Of a stretch of DNA of 64,000 nucleotides, positions 39,094-53,446 are shown piece after piece. Both the position numbers and the translations under genes were made by a program. Origin of the DNA: Azolla caroliniana (Eukaryota > Plantae > Polypodiophyta); contig JBHGNT010000013.1 in NCBI GenBank assembly GCA_043228905.1, forward strand, positions 10,788,001 through 10,852,000. The letters run 5' to 3'. Position 1 is the first letter of the stretch. Every line of letters begins with the position of its first letter. The notes below the pieces were generated by a model. That model ran no database searches. It had not been told where the DNA came from and worked only from the letters and a program-made list of their open reading frames with translations.

Positions 39094-42046
39094 AAACCTA
39101 ACCCGAGTCTGACAAGCCTCTATCACATCTAACCCAGCTTTGACAATCGGATCTGTCACATTTAACTCGGGTCTGACAAGCCTTTGTCACATCTAACCTG
39201 GGTTTGACAAGCCTCTATCTCACCTAACCCAGGTCTGACAAGCTATTTTGTAACACCTAAACCTAGCCCGGGTACCTGATCCCGATTAAAATTTCTGAAG
39301 AAATCATTGTTAAAAAAAGATGCTAAGATTACTCAAAAATATCAAAAACTTTTTAAAAAATACAAAATTGCATGATTTTACAAATAAAAATCACATGATG
39401 TAATGTAAAAAAAAACTATGAGATCAAGGCTCTTGTTCAAAGCATGGCAAGATACACCCACAAATTTTGCAACAATTTGCATTGGAGTCTCTTGAAGGCA
39501 ATGCCAAACCATCACAATGCAAACACCGAACCTTCTCAGTGTTACATATTGGCAACCGCCTCTTAGCACGACGAGCACCTCTTTGTAGTCTACCAATGTG
39601 TGTTTTGGTTGTGTTTGGGGAGCTACCAATAAGTTCTTGTGAAATGTTGGGCATGGCTCCTCTTTTGGCACCAATTTGTTGCTTCCGACTTATTGAACCT
39701 CCTGATGCCATATTGGTTGTTGTCGTTTAAAACATGTAGAAGATCAGTAATAGAACGGTTTATTCTTCCTCTCAAGGCAGTGTACTTGAGAAATTGCCAA
39801 TGTCTCTCCACAAGATTGGTAGTGTGAACATGTCCATAACTGAATAGTCCACCAAATTTGGGCCATAGACTCCTCTAAAAACAAGTTTGTCCACACCATC
39901 CACCTTCGATATATTGCCAAACTCCAGGTTTGTCTAAGTATTCTTGCCTTACCTCCTCACACATAACATTGAAGGATGATTCGCTAATGCAATGCATGAG
40001 TTGGCACATTCTTTGATAGAGGGGGTTTCTTTTGGCAGCACTCACTTTGGGCAACAAGTAGTCAACCCATGATTTTTTTGCATGGAACTGACACAATAAA
40101 AGACGACAACATGTTTGTGAGCGTTCACCATTTGTGACAGTATGATGTCCAAGATTTATCAATGACTATCGCATTTGGCCTTACCCTAGGCATCCTAGCA
40201 AATATGACTTTCAAGCAAATTTCTAATGCCACTTGCTCATGATTTGAGCCCTTATCAGAACTACAAATCATATACCATAGTGGGATCCCTATTCCCATGG
40301 CATTTGGTGCAATAGTGCATATAATGGGAGCCCAAATTGATTACTTTAAAATGTGGAGTCGATTGCCCAATAGTTGTTTTGTGACAATCGCTCACACATT
40401 TCCAACATCCATTTATCTTGAAGTATCAAGATAAATGGTTGTTGAGCTGGAGACCCATTTGGACCAGGCAAGTAGGGTTGGACATGTGCCACTTTGCCTA
40501 GATCTCGGAGTGCATAGGCAAATTTCATCATCAAATACCAATCAACTTTCGACAACGCACTAGTTATATTTAACGTATTGGCCATGTTATGTACCTCCTT
40601 TGGTATCATAAAGAATCTAAAAGTGACAAGTTCTAATGGAGTAGCCTTGGACTTGTGACATGCTTCTTTTCGCATGCTCATCCGTGCAACATGCCTTGCA
40701 CAACCAACATCAAAAAGGTCATCTTTACAACATTCTATTACATTAAGATGGACCGGCAAGTGATACACATCAGGTCTCATTCCTAGGACATGATCTAAAT
40801 GGCATCCGTATACATAAATGCTCGTGATCCCATGTTTATCCCCTTCATTCACTCTTACATTCAAATGAAAACTACATCTAGAACACTTTGAACCCTTGCG
40901 CAAGAGAGAGCATCTGACCACTCGTCAAGGCACACCTGCGCAATGACAATCATATCTAGTCACATGCTTGCCTTTTGGGACTCCTCTCCACAAGCATGTA
41001 TGATACTTGATTTGAATCTCTACCAAAGTATCATCTAACTTACTAGATTCTACCTCTATCACTTCTGTGGGCATTGTAGTCTTATCATATTTACTTACAC
41101 TTGTGCCTAACATGTCAATAGAATTCACCTTTTGTATAATCTGACATCCACATTGGTCATTAGTGCTTTTACGTATGAACTAGCTATTCCATGATTGCGA
41201 AGATCCATGGCCCAATGTTTCTTCAACTCTTTAAGAGTTTGTGAGATTGGGTAACGATATGTCCCCCCATGTGTGTGCAATATGATGGACCGCCATTGCT
41301 CTACATATGATACCCTTAGATGTGGCGACAACTTTAAGTAAAGTTCATGCTCATTTTTTAGCATGAGTCGAGTCTTCATGCGCCTCCATGCTAAGATCGT
41401 GAGAGGCGCACCCTTTGAGGTCTCTTTTAAAGATTATATCGTAACCTTTATGTGTCCTAATAAATCTTTAACCATTAATTTATATGTACCTTCATTAAAC
41501 GCAAAATACCTTAGCGAACAAAACATGAAGGGATCCAAGTCATCCTCATTGGACCCTTGACCATCAATTGATTCATTCGAAGTTTCTGAATCTGAGAACG
41601 AATCCTCCCATTCGAATTCTGAGTCAAATAGAAATTGTGTTTCATCCACTAACCCACATACACAAGTTTGAAATGAGAGCAAAGTGTTAACAAGAACAAT
41701 GTGTAATTGAGAGCAATATGATAATGAGAGTAGTATGATAATGTGGAGCAATATGATAATGGGGCCGATAATATGATCATAATCAGAGCAATTATAACCG
41801 TCGGATTCAATTCATGTGATTATGGTAGCTCTAGTAAAGTTAATTACTTCTATATCGGCATCATATAATCATCTGATGGAGGTGACTGTTTTCTAAACGT
41901 TGAAATAGAATCATTGCACGTAGTTGGATTGAATTTGGCCCTGGGTTAGGTGGATGGATCTAGTAAATTGATCCCGGGTTAGGTGCAGATAAATACTTTT
42001 TCCTTGGGTTAGGCAGACATACTTTACTTTCCCGGGTTAGGTGACA
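39094..42046 (-). mobile_element. Mutator-like (MULE) element with frameshifted transposase and inverted subterminal repeat arrays
   Basis: N-terminal zinc-finger-like YDCHCAG...KCSRCSFHL...HLDH; MULE core WAIDSTF...LPLY and LLLCQFHAKKSW; TTNLVERHWQFLKY. Arrays at 39094-39272 and 41939-42046. True termini not identified. Confidence 0.8.
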
Positions 42047-44111
42047 ATGTACAATACATCTACCATATATATCTAACATCAATTTTCAATTTCTTGTTGC
42101 ACTATTATTGATAGATATCAGTTTGCCCAATTATGACATAATATTGAAAGACGCAACATGTTTGATTGATTGTTTATGGTGTAATATGCACGAACAAAAA
42201 ACTACAATATGCACAAGAATTTATCGATAAGTGTTGCTTTGTATTGTGTAAAATACAATATATTGTGGGCAAAAATACATGCCGAAATTTACAATACCTA
42301 CTAGAGAGTCAAAACAAGTTTGTTACACACGCTATGTGGCTTTGACAAATGGATCAATATTACGTCTCCGAGATACAAGTGTGGCTATTACAATAAACCC
42401 AATTACAATACTGAGGGGTATAATAACAACATGTACAAGCCATATAGAGGATGGCAAAAAACAGGACGAGGTTACAAGTTCAGAAACCCAAAACACGTCG
42501 TGCCCACTTAGCAATCGTAATGCGTAGAAGGTAGACGTCATCATCACCGTACCAATGCTCAGACCCCTACCAAATAGGATGTATCACATCAGCATCTATC
42601 ACATTTGTTGGCTCATAGTGGGTCCGTTGGCTTGCGATGTCTACACTTTCTAAAGCCCTGGCCCCCCCATATTGTCTTGGGTCTCCATCCATCTTGAATT
42701 GTGGGTTTTTTCCCTCCTTCGTACATAAACCTTGCTGCCATTGCTGAAAATAGGACATCTTCATTAAAACCTTCGATGACTATAACATATTTTATGAATG
42801 AATCTGAATAGTACCTCTCCTCGCTGATTTTTCTTTCACCCCAAAATCCATCCATGTCAAGGAATTGTAAGGATTGAGCAGCCATCAATCTGACAATGTT
42901 ATATATTTGAAAGCTAAAAAGCTCATTCTGAAAGCAAGTGAAGAATCATGACATGAAATCTCTTATATTTAAAACAATCGTGCAAGAAGCCACAAACGAC
43001 AAAGCTCATAATGAAGCAAAAGATATAGAATCGTGCAACTTAGAAAGCTCATATCATAGAATAGGTTATGAGAAGCCATACACAACATATTGATAAAGAT
43101 AAAGTTGTAAATCACATGATGAGGAACTTTTCAATTAACAAATACCATATTGATGGTATCGATGGAAGGACCTTTAAACATACAAACATACTAATCAAGT
43201 GATGATATAAACCATGTGTGGTCTTAAGGTGATTGAATGGCTCCTACACGTAACTTCTTGTCTTGCGATTTTTTAAATGATGAGTTGGGCTCTCCCAACA
43301 TTGAGAAGTAAGGACCTACCTCCCTATACAATGACCCAATCTTCGTTTGCATAGTGTGCTTGTGCTTGACAATTGTTTAAGCATTTGTCTTGAAATGCAC
43401 CTTATGCATAAACACCCATATACTCAAGTTTTATTTACATTTATTGACCTCTCGTAGGAGTATTTGGTTTATCACATTGTCTCATACGAGTGTTGTATGG
43501 AACAAAAGAAACCATGAGCACTATGCAATATCCATATATATGGCCACTTATTAAGTCCCTAATATGCCAAATTTCATGAAAAGATCTTCTATCCCTTCTA
43601 TATAGATCTATTTATTTATATAATATACCCCTTAAACTAATAATCGGTCATAGGTCATGTGCAATAACAACTATTGTATATCCCTTATCATGAATATATG
43701 TGCTATACAGAGATCTTTCCGAGCTGTCAATGTAGATTTAGTGTATCCCTTATGTCTAGCTCACTTGCTAGATTCACAACTTAAAAAAAATTAGTAGTCT
43801 CCCATATTTTTCTATCATATATGCATAGAAAGCCTTATGCCTTTTTGTGCAAAGTCTTTTGCACAAAGAGTACATTGCTTCATCAAATGTTGAGCTTCCC
43901 CAATTGCTTTCTAAAATTTACGCATTAAGACGTTTTTTATACATTTAATATTTGTAACATCATATCACTTTTGACTTATCTCATGCATCATAACATCATT
44001 ATTTGAATCTTCATCATTCAATGGAAAGTTCCCAATGATTTCATCGTGCCAAATCTAATCATCTCATTAAAACAATATTTATAAAAAACATCAATTGTTT
44101 ACAAAGTACCA

Positions 44112-45245
44112 AAGAAAATAAAGAAAGAAAGAAAGATATATTAACGTTTTCTAAGGCCAAATTTGGCCCATGAGACAAATGGTTTACAACAAAAAATGGG
44201 ATATTTACCCATTCATCGAAAGTACAAAAAAAAGAAGAGAGTTTTAAGCTAAATAGTTCTAGTAAAGTAAAATAATAAACATGTTCTACAATAAAAATGA
44301 TGTTATACTAGGCCTAATTTCATTTCCATCCAAGTCTCTCGAAGAGAAGCGGGAGGTCAAAGGGTTTCGATGTGAATGTGGCTCGTGGCCCCAATGTAAA
44401 AGGTACCCCAACCATAGCTTCTAGTCGACGTAGCTCACGTTCCCTTATCTTCTTAATCCTTTCTACTCCGTGTCGACTTGTTTTGAAGCCTAACATCCGA
44501 GGGCGTTTGGTTGTTCTTTGCATTTCGGCTTCCTCAAGAGAGAGGCCGAGCGGCATAAGTGTATCCACAATCATCGTCTCCCCTTGTTCTTGAAAAATTA
44601 CACTAGTTACAAGTTGATGAATAGTAAAAGGGTTATGGTTAACACTTTGTAATATATTCTCCCTATGTTGTTTTAGCTCTAAGATATACCTACCTAGTCT
44701 CTTTACATCCGGGGTATCTAATAGTTTGGAGAGGGTGGGAGAGGGTCCTAATATGTCTTGGTATTCCACTCATATCTCGCCATAAGTTGGGCACTTGTAT
44801 GTGAAGTAATACTCATCCTCTATTTCTATGTGGCACAACCTACATAGCCTTTCCTCCCTAGGGACTCTATTAGCCCGACCATTCTCAATCTCAAGTTGGT
44901 GAGATGATATCCTAAGTTGTCCAATGGCCGCCCTTAGTGCATTTGATAAGAATGTATCTAGATATCTTGGTCGTGTAATAAAACCTAACTGAGAGAAGTG
45001 CAAGAAGTGTTCCTTATAGTACAACATTTTAGATGGGAGTGGCTCTCGTCGGGTGATCCATTTATATCGAGTGTAAATTTGCCATATTTCTTGGTGTATC
45101 ACTTTACAACGGTCTTCATGAGATATTAGAGTTTGGTCAGTCCCATGGTTGTACTTAAGGGGGGTAGGTTATTAATGTCTATGTCGTTTGCAAGTAACAA
45201 ACTCACCACAATGCTATACCAAGAGCTAGTGTCTCCATACACATG
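44112..45245 (-). mobile_element. RTEX-like LINE, 3' part with intact 3' terminus; continues at 50613-50708
   Basis: LRISSHQLEIENGRANRVPREERLCRLCHIEIEDEYYF..KC motif; (TTTC)n tail. The frame resumes across the Copia insertion as EALFQVVVFIHRI...FEASRSL/HVYGDTSSWY. Confidence 0.85.
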
Positions 45246-48200
45246 TGTTGAGAATCAAGCTCAACATATTGTAACGTGTGAACCACCCTTTGAGCATCCA
45301 TGAGCACTCAAAGGTCAAGAATCATACCACTCTCTACACATTAAACTATGTGACATAGAATCATATTCTATGACACATAACTAATGGGTTCCACATTCCT
45401 CAAGGCTCTAGTGAGAGAGTGGACGTTGTAGTGAGTAAATGAAGAGAGAGAGTGACCCTATATAAAGCACCCTCCTCCTTCTTCATATTAAGTCGGTTGT
45501 GACTCCTTGTAATGCTACAGTTTTGTATCTCTATTCTACTTGTGAAATATACACCTTCTTCTTGAGTATTTTATTTCTCTTGCTTATTTATCTTGTGTTC
45601 TCTTCTCTCCTCTATTTTTCTCACACACAAACACACATATCTATTCTGTTGCACAAGAATCACCATCGATTCTTTACATGGTATCAGAGCGATTTGGTAG
45701 CTCGATCTAGCCCACTCGCCTCATTGTGATCGTGTGTTATGCTCTACGCAGATGTTCAAGAAGAACCAGCTCATTGCTATCGTAGTACCACTACATAGCT
45801 CGTGTTCGAGATCTGAGAAGGAAAAGAAGAAAGGAAGCTTAGTTGAGAATGAATGCTCAAATGGGGAGCGCTCTCCCTAGCGAGAAGTTGGACCAAAACA
45901 ACTTCGCATCTTGGGAGTACAAGATGCACCAATACCTTGTCGGCCAAGGCTATTGGGGTTACATAAAGGGAGCACAAGAAAACCAACCCGACTCGAAAGA
46001 CGCCGACTACGCAACATGGGAGCAAGCGGCAAGCCGAGTGATGTATTGCTTGGCGACATGTGTTCACGACCATATGCTCAGCTACATTCAAGAAGCCGAG
46101 ACGCCGAAGGAAGCGTGGGAGAATCTACGAAAGATTTTCGCCACCAACACGACCGCGAGAAAGCTTCAACTCCGCCTAGAGTTGAACAACATCCAAGAAC
46201 GGGATATGTCCATCACAAGCTACACCTTGAAGATCAAGGAACTTTGTGATGCACTCGGCTCGATACGCGTCAATGTGGAGGATGACGAAATGGTGCAAAT
46301 ATGCCTCGGCGGCCTTGCACCACGGTTCGGCGCGATGTGGACCGTTGTACTAGCAGGAGAGAATCCGCCCTCCTTCTTCGATCTTCAATCCACGTTGTTG
46401 GTCGAAGAAAATCATGTTCGAACAAGGAGCAATGCCTTGGAAGGCCACATGCTCTACACACATTCGGACGGAGGAAGAGGACGCGGCCATGCAAGAAGAG
46501 GCCGATTTGGCCAAGGACAAGGCGGACGAGGCCCGACTTACGAAAACAACTTGCAATTTCGGCATCAAGACGGAAGCCATCGAGGAACCTTCGGAAGAAG
46601 GGGGAGCTTACATTCCGGTCCGAGCTGACAAAACTCGATTGAATGCGGATATTGCGGAAAAATCGGTCACCACGAAGAAGAATGTCGTAACAAGATATGC
46701 GAGTCGGCTTCCACTAGCCAACAACTCACCAACTACGCCACCAACTCCAACTATGATGATCGTGGCGGAATGTTCGTGATGAGACATAGAGCAAATTCTA
46801 TGTTGGCTTCTCCTTCAACTAGTGCCTTGGGTCCGGAAGACGTATGGTTCGTCGACTCCGGTGCCTCGAACCATATGACGTCTCATCAAGAATGGTTCTG
46901 AGAACTTTGAGAGCCGGAACGACCCGGCTATGTCGAAACCGGAGACGACACTACGCATCCGATTCGGCACATTGGCAATGTTCCGTTCGGAGAAGAAGGT
47001 AAGCAAACTTACATTAAAAATTTCTTGCATGTACCAACTATCACGAAGAATTTGGTCTCCGTCGGCCAAATTGTAGAGCAAGGAATGCAAGTTCGATTTA
47101 ATCAAGGCGGTTGCTTCATCGAAAAAGAGGGCCGACTCATTGCGCACGGAAGAAGAGAGGGCCGAATGTTCATTCTCGACTCGCACGAGATGAAATCGGC
47201 CATGTTCGCAAAAGGCACGAAAGCCGAGTCCGACATAGAGTTATGGCACAAGCGGATTGACCATATCAACCTTCAAAGGCTCAAGGCGATGCAATCAAAA
47301 GGAGTTTTCATCGGACTCCCGACCTTCAAAGAGAGAGAGATTAAAGGCGTATGTGTGGCTTGCCAATTTGGCAAGCAACATCGACACCCATTTCCGAAGG
47401 AGCGGAACGTGAGCAAAGGCGTACTCGACGTAATTCATTCTGATGTATGGGGTTCGGCTCAGACGACTACATTCGGCGGATGCCGATACTACATAGCCTT
47501 CATCAATGACTTCTCCAGGCACACCTGGATCTACCCCATGCGGAAAAAGAGCCAAGTGTTCGGACACTTCCAAAAATTTAAGAATGAAGTCAAGAAAGCC
47601 ACGGGCCGACATGTATGATGTCTTCAGTCGGATGGAGGCAAGGAGTACTTCTCCGACGAATTTTCGGCGTTTCTACGGAAAGACGGAATATGACGAGTGT
47701 TTTCGTGTCGACATACGCCACAACAAAACGGAGTAGCCGAACGCAAGAATCGGCACATCCTCGAAGTGGCATGGGTTATGCTTAACGAAAAGCACATGCC
47801 GAAATCGTATTGGGCGGAAGCAGCTAACACGGCCGTATACCTCATGAATCGGTGTACGGCATCAGGTGTGCACGAACTTACTCCGCATGATAAGTTTTTC
47901 GGAAAGAAGCCGGACGGACCTATCACATGTTCGGATATTCGGCTCCATTGCGTACGTGCACATTCCCGATGAGAAGCGTCAAAAGTTCGACCCGAAGTCG
48001 GAGAAATGTATCCTCATAGGATACTCACTAGAGCAAAAGGGGTACAAGTGCTATAACCCCTCAACTCGTAAATCTTGAGTAAGTCGAGATGTTGTTTTCG
48101 ACGAGTCCGCATCTTGGTACGCACCAGAGACAACTTCGACTTCGATTCCGCTCGACCCGGATTCTGCCGAAATAGAGATAGAAGCCGAAGATCGACTCAC

Positions 48201-50613
48201 GCGCATGTTCGAAGAAAGCCCGATTATGACAAGGCTTAAATGACCACAAGAGCCTCCGAGCAATCAAAGCAAATCTCGGCCGCGTCCGAAGCTGGACAAA
48301 GGGAAGGCGAAAATGCCGGAGTATGAAGATGATCATTTCGACGGCATCGAATCGACTCACTCCCTCGATAGTGAGTTCGAAGGCCTTGACATCCAGATAA
48401 ATGGAGTGAAGAAAGCCTTAGAATTCGCAAACGAGAAGCTCCGCCGATCGACCCGTGAAAAGAACCTCGTAAGCCGATTCGGCTACGATGAGTACATGGC
48501 ATACCATTACGCATTTATGATGAAGGTGACAACAGTACGGGAGCCGGAAAACTTTTCCGAAGCCACGAAGGACCCGCGATGGATCAAAGCAATGAACAAG
48601 GAGATGCGTGCACTACGCAAGAATGAGACATGGGATCTCGTTCCCCACTCACCTCACAAGAAGGCAATTGGTTGCAGATGGATGTACAAGGTGAAGTATA
48701 ATGCCGACAACTCTGTCAACCACTACAAAGCTCAACTCGTAGCGAAAGGATATGCACAAGCACATGGAGTCGACTATGAAGAGACCTTTGCCCCAATGGC
48801 AAAGATGATAATGGTGTGGATCGTGATCGCACTTGTAGCGGCAAAAGGGTGGCACCTCCACCAAATGGACGTCAAGAACGCCTTTCTTCAAGGCGAATTA
48901 GAAGAGGAGGTGTACATGGTACAACCACCCGGTTTCGAATCGCGTACTCATCCGAAAGTCGTGTGCCAACTCAAGAAGCCACTCTACTGCCTCAAACAAA
49001 GCACTGCGTGCTTGGAATTTGAAGATTACGCAATATCTTCATCAAATCGGCTTTTGAATGTCGAAATCCGACAACTCCCTCTACGTACGACATAACTCTA
49101 GAAGCCTAATTATCATAATCCTATACGTGGATGATCTGGTCATTGGAGGTGAAAGTCTAGTTGACATCAACAAGGTCAAGTTCCTCCTCTCCGGAAAATT
49201 CAAGATGACGGACATGAAGGATCTCCATTACTTCCTTGGCATCAAAGTAATTCGGATTCCGACCGGAATTATGATCTCTCAAGGACATTACATCCTCAAC
49301 TTGTTATACAAGTTCGAGATGACTGAGTGCAAATCGGTCACTACGCCTCTTGATCAAAACCTCAAACTAAATGTTGACTCCGGCACAGACGAGTGCGAGT
49401 CGACCCAATATCGTCAACTGATTGGGAGCCTCATCTATCTAACAATCACTCGACCCAACCTTATCTATCCAGTCAGACTCCTTAGCCAATTCATGCAAAC
49501 TCTGCGAGATATCCATTTCGATTGCACTAAGCAAGTAATACGATACGTGAGCGGCACAATGGATTACATCGCTCTCTACGCATCAACCACACCAATACGA
49601 CTCGAAGGGTACACAGACGCGGATTGGGCAGGCTACAAAGCTGATTGACGATCGACCTCCAGATTTGTCTTCTCGCTCAGTAGCGGAGCAATATCTTGGA
49701 GTAGTAAGAAGCAGTCTACTATCGCACTTTCGAGTACAGAGGCAGAATACAGGGGCGCAACCGTAGTTGCATGTGAAGTCGTATGGCTCAAGAGGATTTT
49801 GAAGGATCTAGGTGTTCCCATCAAGGATCCGACTCCCATTTACTGCGACAACATGAGCAGTATATATCTGGCTCGGAACCCGGTGTTCCACACACGCACA
49901 AAGCATATCAAAGTGCACTATCACTTCATCCGAGATGTCGATCTTCTACACATCAACACGAATCTTCTGACAGCTGACATCTTCACCAAGGCCCTAGGAG
50001 TCGACAAGCTTTGGCAATTCATGTCAGACCTCAGGTTGATGATCCCTGACTTGCCAAGCTTGAGGGGGAGTATAATTGAGAACTGGATACCGTCCGAAGC
50101 GGATACCAATCGAAGCGGACATCAACCGAAAGGAACCAACCCGAGTTGAGCTTGAGGGGGCGTGTTGAGAATCAAGCTCAACATAGTGTAACGTGTGAAC
50201 CACCCTTTGAGCATCCATGAGCACTCAAAGGTCAAGAATCATACCACTCTCTACACATTAAACTATGTGTCATAGAATCATATTCTATGACATATAACTA
50301 ATGGGTTCCACATTCCCCATGACCATAAGACTTCACATTCCTCAAGGCTCTAGTGAGAGAGTGGACATTGTAGTGATTAAATGAAGAGAGAGGGTGATCC
50401 TATATAAAGCACCCTCCCCCCTCTTCATATTAAGTCGGTTGTGACTCTTTGTAATGCTACAGTTTTGTATCTCTATTCTACTTGTGAAATATACGCCTTC
50501 TTCTTGAGTATTTTATTTCTCTTGCTTATCTATCTTGTGTTCTCTTCTCTCCTCTATTTTTCTCACACACAAACACACATATCTATTCCACTACACAAGA
50601 ATCACCATTGATT
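45246..50613 (+). mobile_element. Full-length defective Ty1/Copia element
   Basis: 5' LTR 45246-45678; iMet PBS 45679-45690. Gag, CCHC knuckle, protease WFVDSGASNHM, integrase HSDVWG/NGVAERKNR, RT YVDD, RNase H YTDADWAG/CDN. PPT 50154-50162. 3' LTR 50163-50613, lacking its last ~7 nt and the TSD. Several stops and frameshifts. Confidence 0.95.
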
Positions 50614-51176
50614 AAGGATCGAGATGCCTCAAAGGCTCGACGAGATATCCTATCTTGTGGTTGGCTATGTATCCGATGAATAAAAACTACCACTTGAAAC
50701 AATGCTTCTGTCATGTGTATATAAAACCCAATAAGCTTTATGGTGATTCGAACCCATGACCTCTTGAAAGAGTGCATACAACCCCAACCATTAGGATACA
50801 TCATATTATGCATATAATAAATTCTATTATATCAATAGGAAATATATATAATAATATTGTCACCACCTTGCATAGGCTAACACATGATTGCCAAGTGGCG
50901 ATCATGTGTGCCTATGAGGTGGTGAGCATGCATGTATGTATCCAAACCATGCTATATAAACATGTATTTGACTATTGATGAACCATTTTGGTTCAACACC
51001 AGTCTTCGGCATATTCTTGTAAACATTGCTCTGGTTGTTAATACATTATCAAATTCTTCTTATCTCTCATTTCTCTCATATATTTCGCTTCTCATTCTCT
51101 TCTTCATTTTAAAACTCTTTCCTAGCTTTGGCCCTGACAGTTTGAACCAGAATTTTCCTCCCTTCTCTCTTTCTTC

Positions 51177-51228
<52 letters not shown>

Positions 51229-53446
51229 GTGTCTCTTTCACTCTATGTCTCTTTCTCTCTCTTTTCCTTCCTTCCCTCTCCTTGAGAATCTTGCCAAACG
51301 TTATCCTCTCCATGGAGTAAGTTAGCAAGGAAGAGTATGTTCGAGTCGTCTCTGAACTAGAGCATCTCGCAAATAATTTTCTGGCGTTAGAACAAGAGAA
51401 TCAACGATTGCTTGGAGACTTGCAACAAGTAAGCATAGAAAAGGCACAACAATATGATGAGTTATCGACACGTGTATTGCAACTCGAAACAACGTTGCGG
51501 TCTCTTCATCAAAAAGCTTCAATGCAACAAACCTCTCCCAAAGAACCGAAGATTTGGTTGCCTAGGAAGTTTGATGGTAATCGATCACAATTTCGAGGGT
51601 TTCTAAACCAAGTACGTCTAGTAATTCATATGCACCCTAATAGGTATCTGACTGATGCAACTCAAGTTAGACTAGTTGGGAGCGTCTTAACAGGAATTGC
51701 ATTAGCGTGGTTTGCACTACTAGAAAAGAAGTCTCCTCTTCTCCAAGACTTCGAAAGTTTTATTAGAGAATTTCAAGCAAACTTTGGAGGCACTGATAGT
51801 GTTAGAACAACGATTAACAAGATTCGAAGACTTCGTCAAGGGGACCGTCCTGCCTCTGCCTATGCCGCAGATTTCCGCCTCCTAGCTTGTGATATTCCGT
51901 GGGATGAAGAAGCCTTAATGGATCAATTTTGCTATGGACTACAAAATGATGTAAATGATTTGCTATTAACTTTTCATGAAGATCCAAGATCACTTATAGA
52001 AGCGATAAGTCGTGCAGTGCGATGTGATAACCACTTATTCAAGCGATGTTCAGAGCGTCAATTAATGTCACGACCAAGAATGGATCAAACATATGCTTCG
52101 GTAGTCGCCTCGACACCTACGAGCACAACCCAAACTTCACAGATGATTCCATCAGGTGGTCCAAGTCCAATGGAGATCGATGTAACACATCGTCGAGGGC
52201 CTTTATTTGACATAAGTATTATTGGGAATCTTCATTCCAATTCTCCAGTTAGATCGTCTAGCCGTCATGGTCAGTCCAATAGTTTTGAAGTCTTGAGTCA
52301 ACTTGATGAAATATTAAACGAATAAGTCCAACCAAAGTCAGAGCCATTTGGTTGGACAATCCTGAATACATAAAGTCAACCCCAACTAGTGGTTCCATTT
52401 TATCAAATCATGTTAGCAGAGTTTTTTTAGCATAAGTTGAGCTTAGCACTTCTAGGTGTCATCGAGTTCTTGCCTCTACTCTCTTAGATTTAGGAGCCAA
52501 CTCTTGTTTTATGGACAAAGAATTTTCTTTATCCGAGAAAATCCTATTGAAAAACCTCCCTTGCCCTGCATCTATTGTAGTCATTGATGGTCGCCCTATT
52601 TCATCTGGGAATATAGTTGAAGAATCTAAACTAATTCGAGTAGTGCTTGGTAACTTGCTTGTATGATTTCCTTCAATATAATTAGTAGCCTTGAGCATCC
52701 GGTTATCCTTGGTTTGCCTTGGTTTGAGCTTCATAATCCTGAAATTGACTGGAGAAATCGAATGATCAATGATTTCCAGTAGAAACCTGAATTCAGCTGA
52801 CTTGTTACTACCAACCAAGATTCAAAACCTCACCAAATCTCGCCCGTCTCTCTACAAAAATTACGAGAAGACGGGCAAACAAATGAAATGTTTGGCTTTG
52901 CAGTAATAGCAAACCCATCCTCTAGCTCACAAGGGGAAAGTACTTAGATTTTGAAGACATCTTCAACAAAGTTAAAGCTAGTTCTCTCCCAGACCATCGG
53001 CCTTATGATTGTCCTATCGATCTACAACCTGGGAAAGAGCCACCATGGGGCCCAATATATAATCTATCACCATTTGAACTCAAGGCCCTTCGAGATTATA
53101 TAGACAAGCACTTAGAAAATGGATTCATTCGACATTCTAAAAGCCCTGCTCATGCACCCATATTCTTTGTCAAGAAGAAAGATGGATCTCTATGTGTGGT
53201 CGTGGACTATCGAGGTCTAAACAAAATCATAGTTTGAAATAGATATGCTCTACCCTTGATTTCGAGTTTACTAGAGCGTCTTAGTGGAGCTAAAGTTTTC
53301 ACGAAGTTAGATCTTCAAGGTGCATATAACCTTGTTCGGATACGTCCAGGAGATCAATGGAAGACAACATTCCGTACTCGATACGGACATTTCGAGTACA
53401 CAGTTATGCCTTTTGGTCTCACGAATGTCATAACTATGTCATAACT

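Noticed and set aside
39094-39272. CRISPR-like array
   Set aside because: Tandem units without unique spacers, in a eukaryotic transposon context with no cas genes.
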